A stretch of 64,000 nt of DNA, from contig NC_042999.1 in assembly GCF_006345805.1 (NCBI RefSeq), positions 140,616,001 through 140,680,000 on the forward strand, given 5' to 3'. The position numbers were made by a program, and so were the translations under genes. Below, one piece after another: positions 1 to 64,000 of this stretch. Origin of the DNA: Octopus sinensis. Lineage: Eukaryota. Each line of letters starts with the position of its first letter. Within the stretch, counting starts at the first letter, position 1. Under the pieces are notes generated by a model, which was not told the DNA's origin, ran no database searches, and was given only the letters and a program-made list of their open reading frames with translations.

Positions 1-2540
1 AGATGAAAAAGAAGTGATGATTTTTTTCTTCATAGATAAAGCAAAAGAAAAAGATAATTTACTAGGCCGAAACATTTATGGATTTTAACTACTTGTGTAA
101 CAATAGGAGCTGTAAGTACTTGAACTATCACTCACACAAACACACTTCTTTACTGCATCTGACATTAACCAAATTAAGTACAAACTATATAAAATCATTT
201 TCAGTTAGCAAGCTAATCAAATACATAGCTTTAGAAAGATTTAGTTACAACAATGTGAATTTTTTTCATAAACCCATCTATCTGGATATTTGCTCATTGA
301 TGTGGAGCAATGATAGATAGGATATTTCTGTAAGCATGGACACAAAACACAGCAACCTGTAATCAGATATATTGACATCAAATTGGAAAGAAACAGAGCA
401 ACAGTATATATAAAAAAAAACATGTATGAAATATTAAAATTCCCAAGGAATGAAATAATCATTTAACATTTTGCAGGGGTCAACAAGAAGCATACAAGTT
501 GTGGCATTGTTTTCACAGAGTAGAGGACTGTTTCAATATAACTAGTTATAATATTGAGAAACATAAATTGAATATTAAAAAAATATCTGGAAATAATATG
601 AATATTGTTTCTCATCAAAAGTACATAAAAAATATGAGTTAATTATTTTGTAAATTTCCAGAGTATCTCTCTGTTTAGTAATGATGTTTTTTTAACTAGA
701 CTTTGATAAAACTAGTTTTTCTGGAACATTTTTCTTTCTTTCTTGTGTTTTAGATATTCATTTTGAAAATAATTACAAAAGTTCTATTTTGACTTTAATA
801 AGAAAAGAAGGAAGCAGGAAAATTCAGAATATAACAAAAACATAAACAGATGCATATACATATACATAGATATATATGGACAAATACTGACTTCTCACAC
901 TGATAATAGGTTTCAAGTTTGTTGGGATGAGAAAATGAAGTTGTGTAAAATTGTTGCCTTTCAGAAAAGCATAAACTGTCCAAGTAAGACAAAGTTTATC
1001 ACCAGGCTCTCTGAGAAGTTTTGCTGTTCACCAGCGTTTTGAAATCATTGATTTCAGGGACACATAGATTCCACAAGCCTGAAAGCAGTGAATTTTAAAG
1101 GTCAGTAAAAGTTTAGAGTTCAATAAAACTGAAAACAATTGATACACAGATGAACATCATCATCATCTGCATTTAATGTCCCTTATTTCATGCTGGTATG
1201 GATTGGATGGTTTGACTGGAACTAAGAGGCCAGAGAACAGTGCTAAGCTCAACTGTCTGCTTTGACATAGTTTCTAGAGCTGGACACTCTTCCTATGCAT
1301 GCATACATATTACATATATACCTAAAGAAAGATTTTCTTAAAAGTTATTAACTATGTGAGTGTGTGTGTAAGAATTGCTTTAATTATGTCAAAGCATAAT
1401 TAAAAATGAGTTTATTCAACACATTACTACAGTAGAAGCTGTCTGGGTTTGGTGGGGGATTTTAAATGGTGAACTACTAATTGGATTTAATGAGTAAGCT
1501 CCAGCATATCTTGTTTATAGTGCTATACTTATAATAGAAGTATTCATCATAATGGATGATGTGCAAAATTAATGAATACATTTCCTTTGCCGTTAAAGGA
1601 TACTTGTCAGTTTTAAGGCATGAAAGAGAGAAAATATAATTTCATTCTGTATAGGATGTTGGTCTATTGCAGGTAGAATTCCCAGATGATTCTGCATTTA
1701 TTTCTGAGATCAGAAGAATTAAGTCAGTGTAGAATTATGTTCTTTTCAGAAATACAACAAATCACCAGCAGCAGTTTTGAACTTGCGACCTTTCAGCAGT
1801 TAAGTCAGCACTTTATCCTCTCTGCCACTTTATCTCTGTAGTTGATATGAATTGAAGTTTATCTCAACTTTTATAGTTGTAAAAGGTTTGAAAGCCAGAC
1901 ATTGCTTTCTCTCTCTCTTTTCTTGCTCTTTAACTAGGAATGGTAGTCTTTCATAGATTTTGATAATGGGAAGATTTTTAACTCCCATCCACCAATCATG
2001 TTATCACCTAATTACAATAAGGTGTACTAGGGCATTGTGGGTCATAATACACCACTCATGATGGAACTCAAACAGTATACCAGTTGGTTGTTAATGAACT
2101 AGCATGGATATTGAAAGAATATTGAGTGCAAAGGAATACTACTGAGTGTAATATAGATAATCAATAAGGAAGATGTAGAGTATTATAAAGTAGCTCTAAA
2201 AGAATAGAGATGAAGTGTAATGTAGACATATAGACAACTAGTTTTAAGAGTATGAAATTCAAAGGGACACAAAGAAACACATTAACAATATAATTGCTGA
2301 AATGTAAAAAAAAAAGGATAAATTTTTAATCATGAAATAAATAAGTGGTACAAATGAACACACACACACAAACATGCACCTACATAAGTACATATATAAA
2401 CACACATACACATTTACAAACACACACATACTTAGAAAATATAAATACACAAACTTATGTAATCAATATTCACCAAACACACACACAAAACTTATTCGGT
2501 CATAACCAATTGCTTAGTGAACAATTAAAGGTAAACTCAC

Positions 2541-55154
<52,614 letters not shown>

Positions 55155-58100
55155 TCAGGAAAAACAGACAATATACTTTTAAGAAAAGACAATATTTTAA
55201 ACACTCACTCACACATGTATGCACACACATGAACCGGATAGGTTTCAAGAATAGAAAAACAACATATTCTATGTTTTAATCTGCACTCTGTTTCAGTTGA
55301 TCTATTTTCTGACAGTTTTCCAGTTACAAATGTTTAAATGAAAACATGGACCAGACAACCAATGGTCTCTGTTGTGTCATCAGTGCTATTTTGTATCCCT
55401 AGCCAAGATATTTAACTGTCAATGTCTAGGTTCACTGAGTGGGTACTGTGAGAATTGTAACTCATTGGTATGAAGTACTGAGTTTAATTTTTTCCATGGG
55501 AAGCTACCTATAGTAGGCTAGTATGCTACAGAAAAGAGAATTGTCATCCACAAGTAGAAACTGGAGTTGAGCACCAATCCTATAATTCCTTGTGGTCCTG
55601 GAAGTATGTTTCTAAATATGCATACATATTCTGTAGCATAGTTGATTATGCATTAAAATCCTGTGTTATTAATAAAGGTGATGAGGTCAATCTAGGTCCA
55701 CGGTTATGTAAACAAAAAAGGAAATGTCTACTTAACCTCCAGCAAGTTCTGGTTTCAAAATGTGAAGTCGATGAGAAACAAATTTCTTCATGGGTAGCAT
55801 GCTGGTATATTGGAAGCAATATTCTAAGATGGTCTAGTATGATATAGCTCTGTGAAACTTAAGCTTAGAAAATTAAGTGTACTGCTTAAATATATAACAA
55901 AATAACTGCAGGAGCTAAAGAGAGAACCTTTGCAATGTTATTCAACTTGCTACAACAGTAACCAAGTCTCCTTTAAATTACCTCCTGCCATTTAAGAAAT
56001 GAAGAAAAGATACATTAGCTAATGTAATCTTACATAACCCTAAAAAAACAGGATGGTCATGGCTGGGATACGTTTGATCATATGTCTGCTTAATCAGAGT
56101 TGACTAGGATTTAAACAAAAACTACAATCACAACAACAAAGCACTTGCAGTGGATTTGACCACCAGATCTTTTGACCTTGCAGTCCAATAACATATACAC
56201 TCCTCAATATATATGGAAATAATATCAGCTTAATATAATTGGATTATGCACAAATTAAAATACTGAATAGATGAAAATATAAGAGATGAAATTAGTAATT
56301 TGCAAAACTTATAATACACTGGTAATAACTCATTAAAAAATTTATAGACATACAGATGTGTTCAGCATGCTTCCCTGTTCAATTCTGCTGAACACACACT
56401 TCTATATATGTATATATGTGTGAGCAGATAGAGTAGAAAGAAAGTCAAGAGGAAGGAAGTTGGAAGAGAGAGAAATAGAAGTCACATAAGATATACAAGT
56501 TTCAAATTAGATATAAAATGTCCACATCATTTATACAAAGCCTTTATTAGATATTGATCTGCATGATGTCATAACTCAATCAACATGTACTAGAGTGCCA
56601 GTTCTTTTCTATTTTTTGGAATATTGTTAGATAACAATATTACTGTTGGTTGGTATCTGTCTCTTCTGCATAAAAGAAGATTTTCAATCCACAAATGTAT
56701 ATATGTGCATAAGCCCTGATTGGATTCAGCGAGCAGGTGCTTAGCTCCAGTTTCTTGGAATGAAGTGATAAAGGGTAAAATCTTGCCTCATGGATAAGAT
56801 GCCAGTCTATTGTAACAATATTCTGAGATGATCAGGTACCTATTCCAAGAAGCTAGCTGAAATGTGGCATTGTTAAATCATGTGTTTTGCCCCAAAATAC
56901 AACAAAATCTACCCATTCATTTTTTTACCTCTATTTATTGTATGCTAATGAAGTTCTAACAAATCATTAAAGTCTACTTTAACATTGCTTACAATGACTA
57001 ACCGTAACTGCTTTACAATGATTACTTTTCACAGCAAAGTGGACCTAGTTGGTAAAATTTAAAATTGCTTTTAGAAGGACTTTTTTGTCAAGTAACCGCA
57101 TGGATAATATGAGTTGAACACAGTTTTTTTAACTAATTGATTACATATGCAAATGTTAAATGTCTTAAAACATGAATTTTTAATACTTCAAGTCAGTAGA
57201 ATGATATATCCTACTGACTTGGCTAGCTGTAACTTACAGAACAATCCTCTTTTTAGAATATTAAACGAATATATTAATTCTTTAAAAATAAATAAATAAA
57301 AATGCAAAATAAAAATAGCCAGGGAAACTAAATGATATGGGAAAACATTTTATTGACTATGATGAAGTATGCAGCAACTATTTCTCCTCTCTCTCTCTCT
57401 CTGTATATGTACATGCATTCATTTATTCACACACACTGTGTGTATACACACACACACACACACACAAATATATATGATATTAAAGAGAATAACAAGTTTG
57501 CTAGATGTAGAAGGAAGAAAAGCTAATAAGAGCTGAGTAACTTTAGTAGCAAATGAAAATTACTGAAGTGAGAAATTCTACAGGAAAATCTCAACAGGCA
57601 GCAGGATTGAAGTAAAAATCCTTTTACTGATGACATTCAACCAATGTTGCAGGGAAGCCATGTGCACTAAACTCCTATCAATACTAAATCTTACAATAGC
57701 TTCCACATATTAAATGAACACTTCTGGACAAAATATATTTTGTGTGTGTGTGTGTGTGAATAAATTTACAATTATATATATATATGATTTTATTACATGG
57801 ATTCAATGGATTCATAAGAATCAAGGTGCATCAACTTGTAGGATGCTAGAAATGGCTAGGTACGATAATATAGAGCTCACACTGAAATAAGCATCGAATA
57901 CATCTAGTGTATGTAGGTATGTATGTACACACACACACAAACACACATGTATATGTATTGTACAATTAGCTATTGGTGTTATTTCTCCCCTGTGTTTTGA
58001 AATTTCCTACAGATCAATGCTGAAGATAAGCAGCATAATTGAACAATTTCATCCAACATGTCAATCATCAATCATAATCTTCCTCAAATTGACAATAAGA

Positions 58101-58818
58101 AATAACAATGGAAGCAGCCTCTTCCCTGAGATACAATACTGATATTCTGTAGTATCAATACAGAGTTTCGGTTCTACTCCCGTTAAAGTACAATGTGGAG
58201 GCATGATTTAATATTTGTAACAAGATGTACATTGTTTCAGTTATGAAATGTTGGCATGGTAACCAAATAATGGTTAGCTTCTATTTTGCCATTGTATCAT
58301 TTTCTGTACTAAATAGATAAAGTAAGCATACATATATATTATACTAGTTAGTGACTTTAGGATCAGGACTAAGAGGGCGACTAGAAGACGACCAACATGG
58401 AGAAGAAGGGTCTGGAAGTTTAAAGACCCTGCGAATGGACAGAGATTTAGAGATATGTTATTTGAAGCCTTAGACGAAATGGAAGGGAGTATAGCTACGC
58501 ATGGGGTAGAAGACAACTGGACGCTTCTGAGGGACAACCTGCTGAAAGCCGCTGACCAGATCTGTGGCTGGTGCAAAGTCCCCTTAAGACCCAAATAACG
58601 TGGTGGTGGAACAATATTGTTGACAGGGCTATTAGACAAAAGAAACAGGCTTGGAAGGCCTGGAAGAACGGTGGTAGCAGGGAAGTGTATCAGTCTGCCA
58701 GAAGGAAGCCAGGAGACAGGTCTATCTAGCCAGAGGGGAGGCAGATAAGGAAAAATTTGCCAATGTCCTGCGTCGTGAGGATGAAAGACTTGAGGTATTT
58801 CGTGTTGCAAGACAGTGT

Positions 58819-60657
58819 GTGAGAGAGAATTGTGACGTGGTAGGAGAGAAATGTGTTCGCAAGGATGACGGTTCACTTGCGCTTAATGAGGATGCAAAGA
58901 AAGAGGCTTGGAGACGCCACTATGATAGGTTGCTGAATGAAGAAAATGAATGGGATAAAGAGAGTCTGCCGAATGTCGACCCAACAGAGGGACCAGCAAT
59001 CCGAGTTAACAGTTCCTTAGTAGATAAGGCAATTAGAAGCATGAAAACAGGGAAAGCCCCAGGCCCATCAGGAATTACTGCAGAGATGCTCAAAATATCT
59101 GGTGGTGTCGGCTATAGCTTAGTCACCCGTATAGTTAACCAGGTGATACACGAGGGGGTCATACCCAATGACTGGTGTAGCAGCGTAATAGTCAACTGCT
59201 ACAAAGGTAAAGGCAACGCCCTAGAGACAAATAACTACAGGGGCATCAAGCTGCTGGATCAGGTAATGAAGGTTACGGAGAGGGTTATAGCCCAACTAAT
59301 TAGAGAGAGAGTTAGCTTAGATGATATGCAGTTTGGGTTCGTGCCAGGTAAAAGTACTACTGATGCTATATTCCTGGTAAGACAGCTGCAGGAGAAATAC
59401 CTAGCCAAAGATAAGCCCTTGTACCTGGCTTTTGTTGACTTGGAGAAAGCCTTTGACAGGGTCCCCCGATCCCTTATCTGGTGGTCAATGAGGAAACTAG
59501 GGATAGAAGAATGGTTGGTGAGAGCTGTGCAAGCCATGTACAGAGACGCTGCTAGTAAGGTGAGGGTTGGCAACGAGTACAGTGAAGAATTCCGGGTAGA
59601 GGTTGGGGTCCACCAAGGTTCAGTCCTCAGTCCCCTCCTATTTATCATAGTCCTCCAGGCAATAACGGAGGAATTCAAGACAGGTTGCCCCTGGGAGCTC
59701 CTCTATGCTGATGACCTTGCTCTAATTGCTGAGTCACTATCAGAACTGGAGGAGAAGTTTCAGGTGTGGAAACAAGGATTAGAATCGAAGGGCCTTAGAA
59801 TCAACCTAGCCAAAACCAAAGTCCTAATAAGTAGGAAGGTAGATCAATCACAAACGCCTTCAGGTAGATGGCCCTGCTCGATCTGTAAAAAAGGTGTAGG
59901 TAGAAACTCTATAAGATGCACCAAGTGTAAGCTATGGACACATAAGAGGTGCAGCAATGTCAAAGGAAGGCTAACTAGGAAAATAGTTTTTGTCTGTGGC
60001 AAATGCTCAGGAGCAATAAACACTGGAAATGTGCAGAGACCAACTTCTGCCACGTTCCAGGGAGACAAACTAGAAGTAGTTGATAGCTTCCGCTACCTAG
60101 GAGACCAAGTCAGTAGCGGGGGTGGGTGTGCTGAAAGTGTAACTGCTAGAGTAAGAATAGCCTGGGCAAAGTTTAGAGAGCTCTTACCCCTGCTGGTGAC
60201 AAAAGGCCTCTCGCCCAGAGTAAAAGGCAGACTGTATGATGCATGTGTACGTACAGCCATGCTACATGGTAGTGAAACATGGGCCGTGACTGCTGAGGAT
60301 ATGCGTAAGCTCGCAAGAAATGAAGCCAGTATGCTCCGATGGATGTGTAATGTCAGTGTTCATAATCGTCAGAGTGTAAGTTCCTTGAGAGAAAAGTTGA
60401 ACCTAAGAAGCGTCAGTTGTGGCGTGCAAGAGAGACGGCTGCGCTGGTATGGTCATGTGACGAGAAAGGCTGAAGATAGTTGTGTGCAAAAGTGCTACAC
60501 CCTAGCAGTTGAGGGAACCTGTGGAAGAGGTAGACCCAGGAAAACCTGGGACGAGGTGGTGAAGCACGACCTTCGAACTTTAGGTCTCACTAAGGAAATG
60601 TCTAGAGACCGAGACCTATGGAAGTATGCTGTGCGTGAGAAGACCCGGCAAGACTAG
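58819..60657 (+). CDS. RTE reverse transcriptase ORF (612 codons, partial) with an embedded PHD-type finger
   Basis: RT motifs YKGKG..YRGIKLL, QFGF.PGKSTTDAIF, FVDLEKAFDRV, GVHQGSVLSPLLF, LLYADDL; RTE C-terminus MLHGSETW, RLRWYGHV, GRGRPRKTW. The start codon is GTG, so this is an internal fragment. Confidence 0.93.
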   Translation: MRENCDVVGEKCVRKDDGSLALNEDAKKEAWRRHYDRLLNEENEWDKESLPNVDPTEGPAIRVNSSLVDKAIRSMKTGKAPGPSGITAEMLKISGGVGYSLVTRIVNQVIHEGVIPNDWCSSVIVNCYKGKGNALETNNYRGIKLLDQVMKVTERVIAQLIRERVSLDDMQFGFVPGKSTTDAIFLVRQLQEKYLAKDKPLYLAFVDLEKAFDRVPRSLIWWSMRKLGIEEWLVRAVQAMYRDAASKVRVGNEYSEEFRVEVGVHQGSVLSPLLFIIVLQAITEEFKTGCPWELLYADDLALIAESLSELEEKFQVWKQGLESKGLRINLAKTKVLISRKVDQSQTPSGRWPCSICKKGVGRNSIRCTKCKLWTHKRCSNVKGRLTRKIVFVCGKCSGAINTGNVQRPTSATFQGDKLEVVDSFRYLGDQVSSGGGCAESVTARVRIAWAKFRELLPLLVTKGLSPRVKGRLYDACVRTAMLHGSETWAVTAEDMRKLARNEASMLRWMCNVSVHNRQSVSSLREKLNLRSVSCGVQERRLRWYGHVTRKAEDSCVQKCYTLAVEGTCGRGRPRKTWDEVVKHDLRTLGLTKEMSRDRDLWKYAVREKTRQD

Positions 60658-62530
60658 TCAGGCCATAACCCGTGGCCCCTACCTGGGACGTAGTCAGTCC
60701 TCCTGTGCATACCTTCCTTCTTGTGACACTTATGAAGACCTGTTGAGGCAAGTGAAAATCAAATCAAAACAAATCAAAATAGATGAACATCAGTGGAATT
60801 GTATTCTTTGTGGTACCAGTGCCGGTGGCACACAAGAAAACCACCCAAACGTGGCCGTAGCCAGTACCGCATCGACTGGCCTCCGTGCTGTGGGCACAAC
60901 AAACACCATCCGATCGTGGCCGTTCGCCAGCCTCATCTGGCACCTGTGTCGGTGGCACATAAAGACACCATCCGAAGACCCGGCGACGTAGTCAGTCCAC
61001 CTGTGCATACCTTCCCTCTTATGACACTTGTGAAGACCTGTTGAGGCAAGTGTGTGACACTTGTGAAGACCTGTTGAGGCAGAGGCAAGTGTGTGACACT
61101 TGTGGAGACCTGTTGAGGCAAGTGAAAATCAAACCAAATCAAAATAGATGAACATCAATGGAATTTGTATCTTTGTGGTTCCAGTACCGGTGGCACACAA
61201 GAAAACCATCCGAACGTGGCCGTAGCCAGTACCGCATCGACTGGCCTCCGTGCTGTGGGCACAACAAACACCATCTGATCGTGGCCGTTCGCCAGCCTCA
61301 TCTGGCACCTGTGTCGGTGGCACATAAAAACACCATCCGAAGACCCGGCGACGTAGTCAGTCCACCTGTGCATACCTTCCCTCTTATGACACTTGTGAAG
61401 ACCTGTTGAGGCAAGTGTGTGACACTTGTGAAGACCTGTTGAGGCAGAGGCAAGTGTGTGACACTCTGTGAAGACCTGTTGAGGCAGAGGCAAGTGTGTG
61501 ACACTTGTGGAGACCTGTTGAGGCAAGTGTGTGACACGTGTGACACTTGTGAAGACCTGTTGAGGCAAGTGAAAATCAAACCAAATCAAAATAGATGAAC
61601 ATCAATGGAATTTGTATCTTTGTGGTTCCAGTACCGGTGGCACACAAGAAAACCATCCGATCGTGGCCGTTCGCCAGTCTCATCTGGCACCTGTGTCGGT
61701 GGCACATAAAAACACCATCCGAAGACCCGGCGACGTAGTCAGTCCACCTGTGCATACCTTCCTACTTATGACACTTGTGAAGACCTGTTGAGGCAAGTGT
61801 GTGACACTTGTGTAGACCTGTTGAGGCAAGTGAAAATCAAATCAAAATCAAAATCAAATCAAAACAAATCAAAATAGATGAACATCAATGGAATTTGTAT
61901 CTTTGTGGTACCAGTGCCGGTGGCACACAAGAAAACCATCCGAACGTGGCCGTAGCCAGTACCGCATCGACTGGCCTCTGTGATGTGGGCACATAAAAAC
62001 ACCATCCGATCGTGGCCGTCCGCCAGCCTCATCTGGCACCTGTGTCGGTGGCACATAAAAACACCATCCGAAGACCCGGCAAGACTAGTCAGGCCATAAC
62101 CCGTGGCCCCTACCTGGGACGTAGTCAGTCCACCTGTGCATACCTTCCTTCTTGTGACACTTGTGAAGACCTGTTGAGGCAAGTGAAAATCAAATCAAAT
62201 CAAAACAAATCAAAATAGATGAACATCAATGGAATTTGTATCTTTGTGGTACCAGTGCCGGTGGCACACAAGAAAATCATCCGAACGTGGCCGTAGCCAG
62301 TACCGCATAGACTGGCCTCCGTGCTTTGGGGACGTAACAAACACCATCCGATCGTGGCCGTCCGCCAGCCTCATCTGGCACCTGTGTCGGTGGCACATAA
62401 AAACACCATCCGAGCGTGGCCGTCTGCCAGCCTCGTCTGGCACCTGTGTCGGTGGCACATAAAAACACATCCGAGCATGGCCGTTCGCCAGCCTCGTCTG
62501 GCACCTGTGTCGGTGGCACATAAAATCACC
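60658..62530 (+). repeat. Nested higher-order tandem repeat in the RTE 3' UTR
   Basis: Module marker agatgaacatca recurs at 60781, 61146, 61593, 61876 and 62217; variable ~30-bp subunits (gtgtgacacttgtgaagacctgttgaggcaa), (TCAAA)n runs and ~62-bp units. Confidence 0.9.
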
Positions 62531-63205
62531 CACTACACTCTCGGAGTGGTTGGCGTTAGGAAGGGCATCCAGCTGTAGAAACACTGCCAGATCTGACTGG
62601 CCTGGTGCAGCCTTCGGGCTCCCCAGACCCCAGTTGAACCGTCCAACCCATGCTAGCATGGAAAACGGACGCTAAATGATGATGATGATGATGATGATAC
62701 AAAAAAGCAAATATATGTAACATACATTTATGAAATAAGCATAAATGAATAATTTTCATATATATAAGTATGGATGATTAATATACATATGTAAGATAAG
62801 CATAGAATATCTTTTTCTGTCTCTTATTTAGTAACCTACCTATATACATACATACATACATGGTTGCAGCATGGAAGATTGCTGACTTCATTTAAACATT
62901 TATTGTTTGTAATATGGTGTCAAAATTTTCGTTGCTCAAAACTGCAACTCAACCACTGACAAATGTGTGTTAGCAATATATGCTTAAGTGAAGATAATAG
63001 TTTTTGTGTTTCTGAATGGCTAACATGTGTCTTCCAAGCTGCAATCACTTTAGTTTCAACAAACAATCTCAGATCAAAACACTTACCATGCAAGTACACC
63101 TCCATCATCATCATCATTTAACATTTGTTGTCCAATGATGATGACGATGATGAAGACATATGTTAGCCGTTCAGAAACACACAAAAAATTGATAACTTCA
63201 CTTAA

Positions 63206-63240
<35 letters not shown>

Positions 63241-63243
<3 letters not shown>

Positions 63244-64000
63244 GATCAGGGGACCCTGTCAAAGGCTTTTTCCAAGTCAACAAAAGCCATGTACAGAGGT
63301 TTATCTTTGACTAGGTATTTCTCCTGCAGCTGCCTTACCAGAAATATAGCATCAGTGATGCTTCTCCCTGGCACAAAACCAAACTGCATCTCATCTACAC
63401 TAACTCTCTCCCTAATTAGTTGGGCTATGACTCTCTCCGTAACTTTCATCACCTGATCCAACAATTTAACACCTCTGTAATTATTTCTATCTAAGGCATC
63501 ACCTTTACCTTTGTAGCAGTTGACTATGATGTTGCTACACCAGTCATTGGGTATGACTCCTTCGTGAACCACCTGACTTATAATACAGGTGACTAGACCA
63601 TAACCTACACTGCAAGATATTTTTAGTACCTCAGCAGTGATTTGTGATGGGCCAGGTGCTTTCCCTGTCTTCATAACCTTAATTGCTTTATCTACCAAGG
63701 TACCATTGATTTGGGTAGCTGGTCCCTCAATTGTGTCAACATTTGGCAGACTCTCCTCCTCCCATTCATTCTCTACATTCAGCAGTCTTTCATAATGGCA
63801 TTTCCAAGTCTCTTTCTTTGCAGAATCATTAAATACAAGTGCACTGTCATCCATGCAGACACATTTCTCTCCTATGACATCACAATTTTCTCTCACACAC
63901 TGTCTTGCAATCCAAAACACTTTAGTTCTTTGGTACTCATGTCACCAAACATAGGCAAACTTCTTTTCTGCTTCTCCTTTGGCGAGATATACCTGTCTCC
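63241..64000 (-). mobile_element. RTE fragment, more diverged, running off the window end and broken at FDRVP
   Basis: ORF 63246..63920 aligns by eye with the N-terminal third of the 612-aa ORF and ends at an (AT)n run. Confidence 0.92.

Larger units (their letters stand above)
58344..62698 (+). mobile_element. RTE-clade LINE, 5'-truncated, young, with expanded 3' UTR and (GAT)n tail
   Basis: Starts just after the endonuclease region; two 1-nt frameshifts near 58590 and 58705; then an open RT frame to the stop at 60657; 2-kb repetitive 3' UTR; tail ends at 62698. Confidence 0.93.

Noticed and set aside
63075-63095. acttaccatg, resembling the U1 snRNA 5' end
   Set aside because: No further U1 sequence; it is only a reverse-complement donor-like word.

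Overview
Eukaryotic, AT-rich, repeat-dense genomic DNA, most likely an octopus/coleoid cephalopod (inferred from the repeat families and a protostome-type channel sequence, not from a search). The window is the interior of one minus-strand gene: an L-type voltage-gated calcium channel alpha-1 subunit (CaV1). I reconstructed 18 GT-AG exons (55119 down to 2541, 2298 nt, one continuous frame) running from repeat I S3 through the I pore loop, AID, all of repeat II and the II-III loop to IIIS3. The 5' and 3' exons lie outside the window. The ORF track misses about half of the exons. Introns hold RTE-clade LINEs (one with a 612-codon RT ORF containing a C4HC3 PHD-type finger and a nested tandem-repeat 3' UTR), two Penelope-like remnants whose terminal repeats carry a variant hammerhead ribozyme motif, R4/Dong-like and BovB-like remnants, a Tc1/mariner relic, a hAT MITE with a perfect TSD, Helentron-type elements, tRNA-like SINEs and microsatellites. 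I found no wholly new multi-gene system. The best leads are the hammerhead motif, inverted RTE copies bracketing a 1749-nt in-frame exon block (circRNA/skipping candidate), a CAG codon that A-to-I editing would turn into the usual RRxS motif, a D-to-G change beside the repeat I filter glutamate, and a ~300-bp direct repeat around an RTE fragment. All identities are by-eye estimates and repeat boundaries are approximate.
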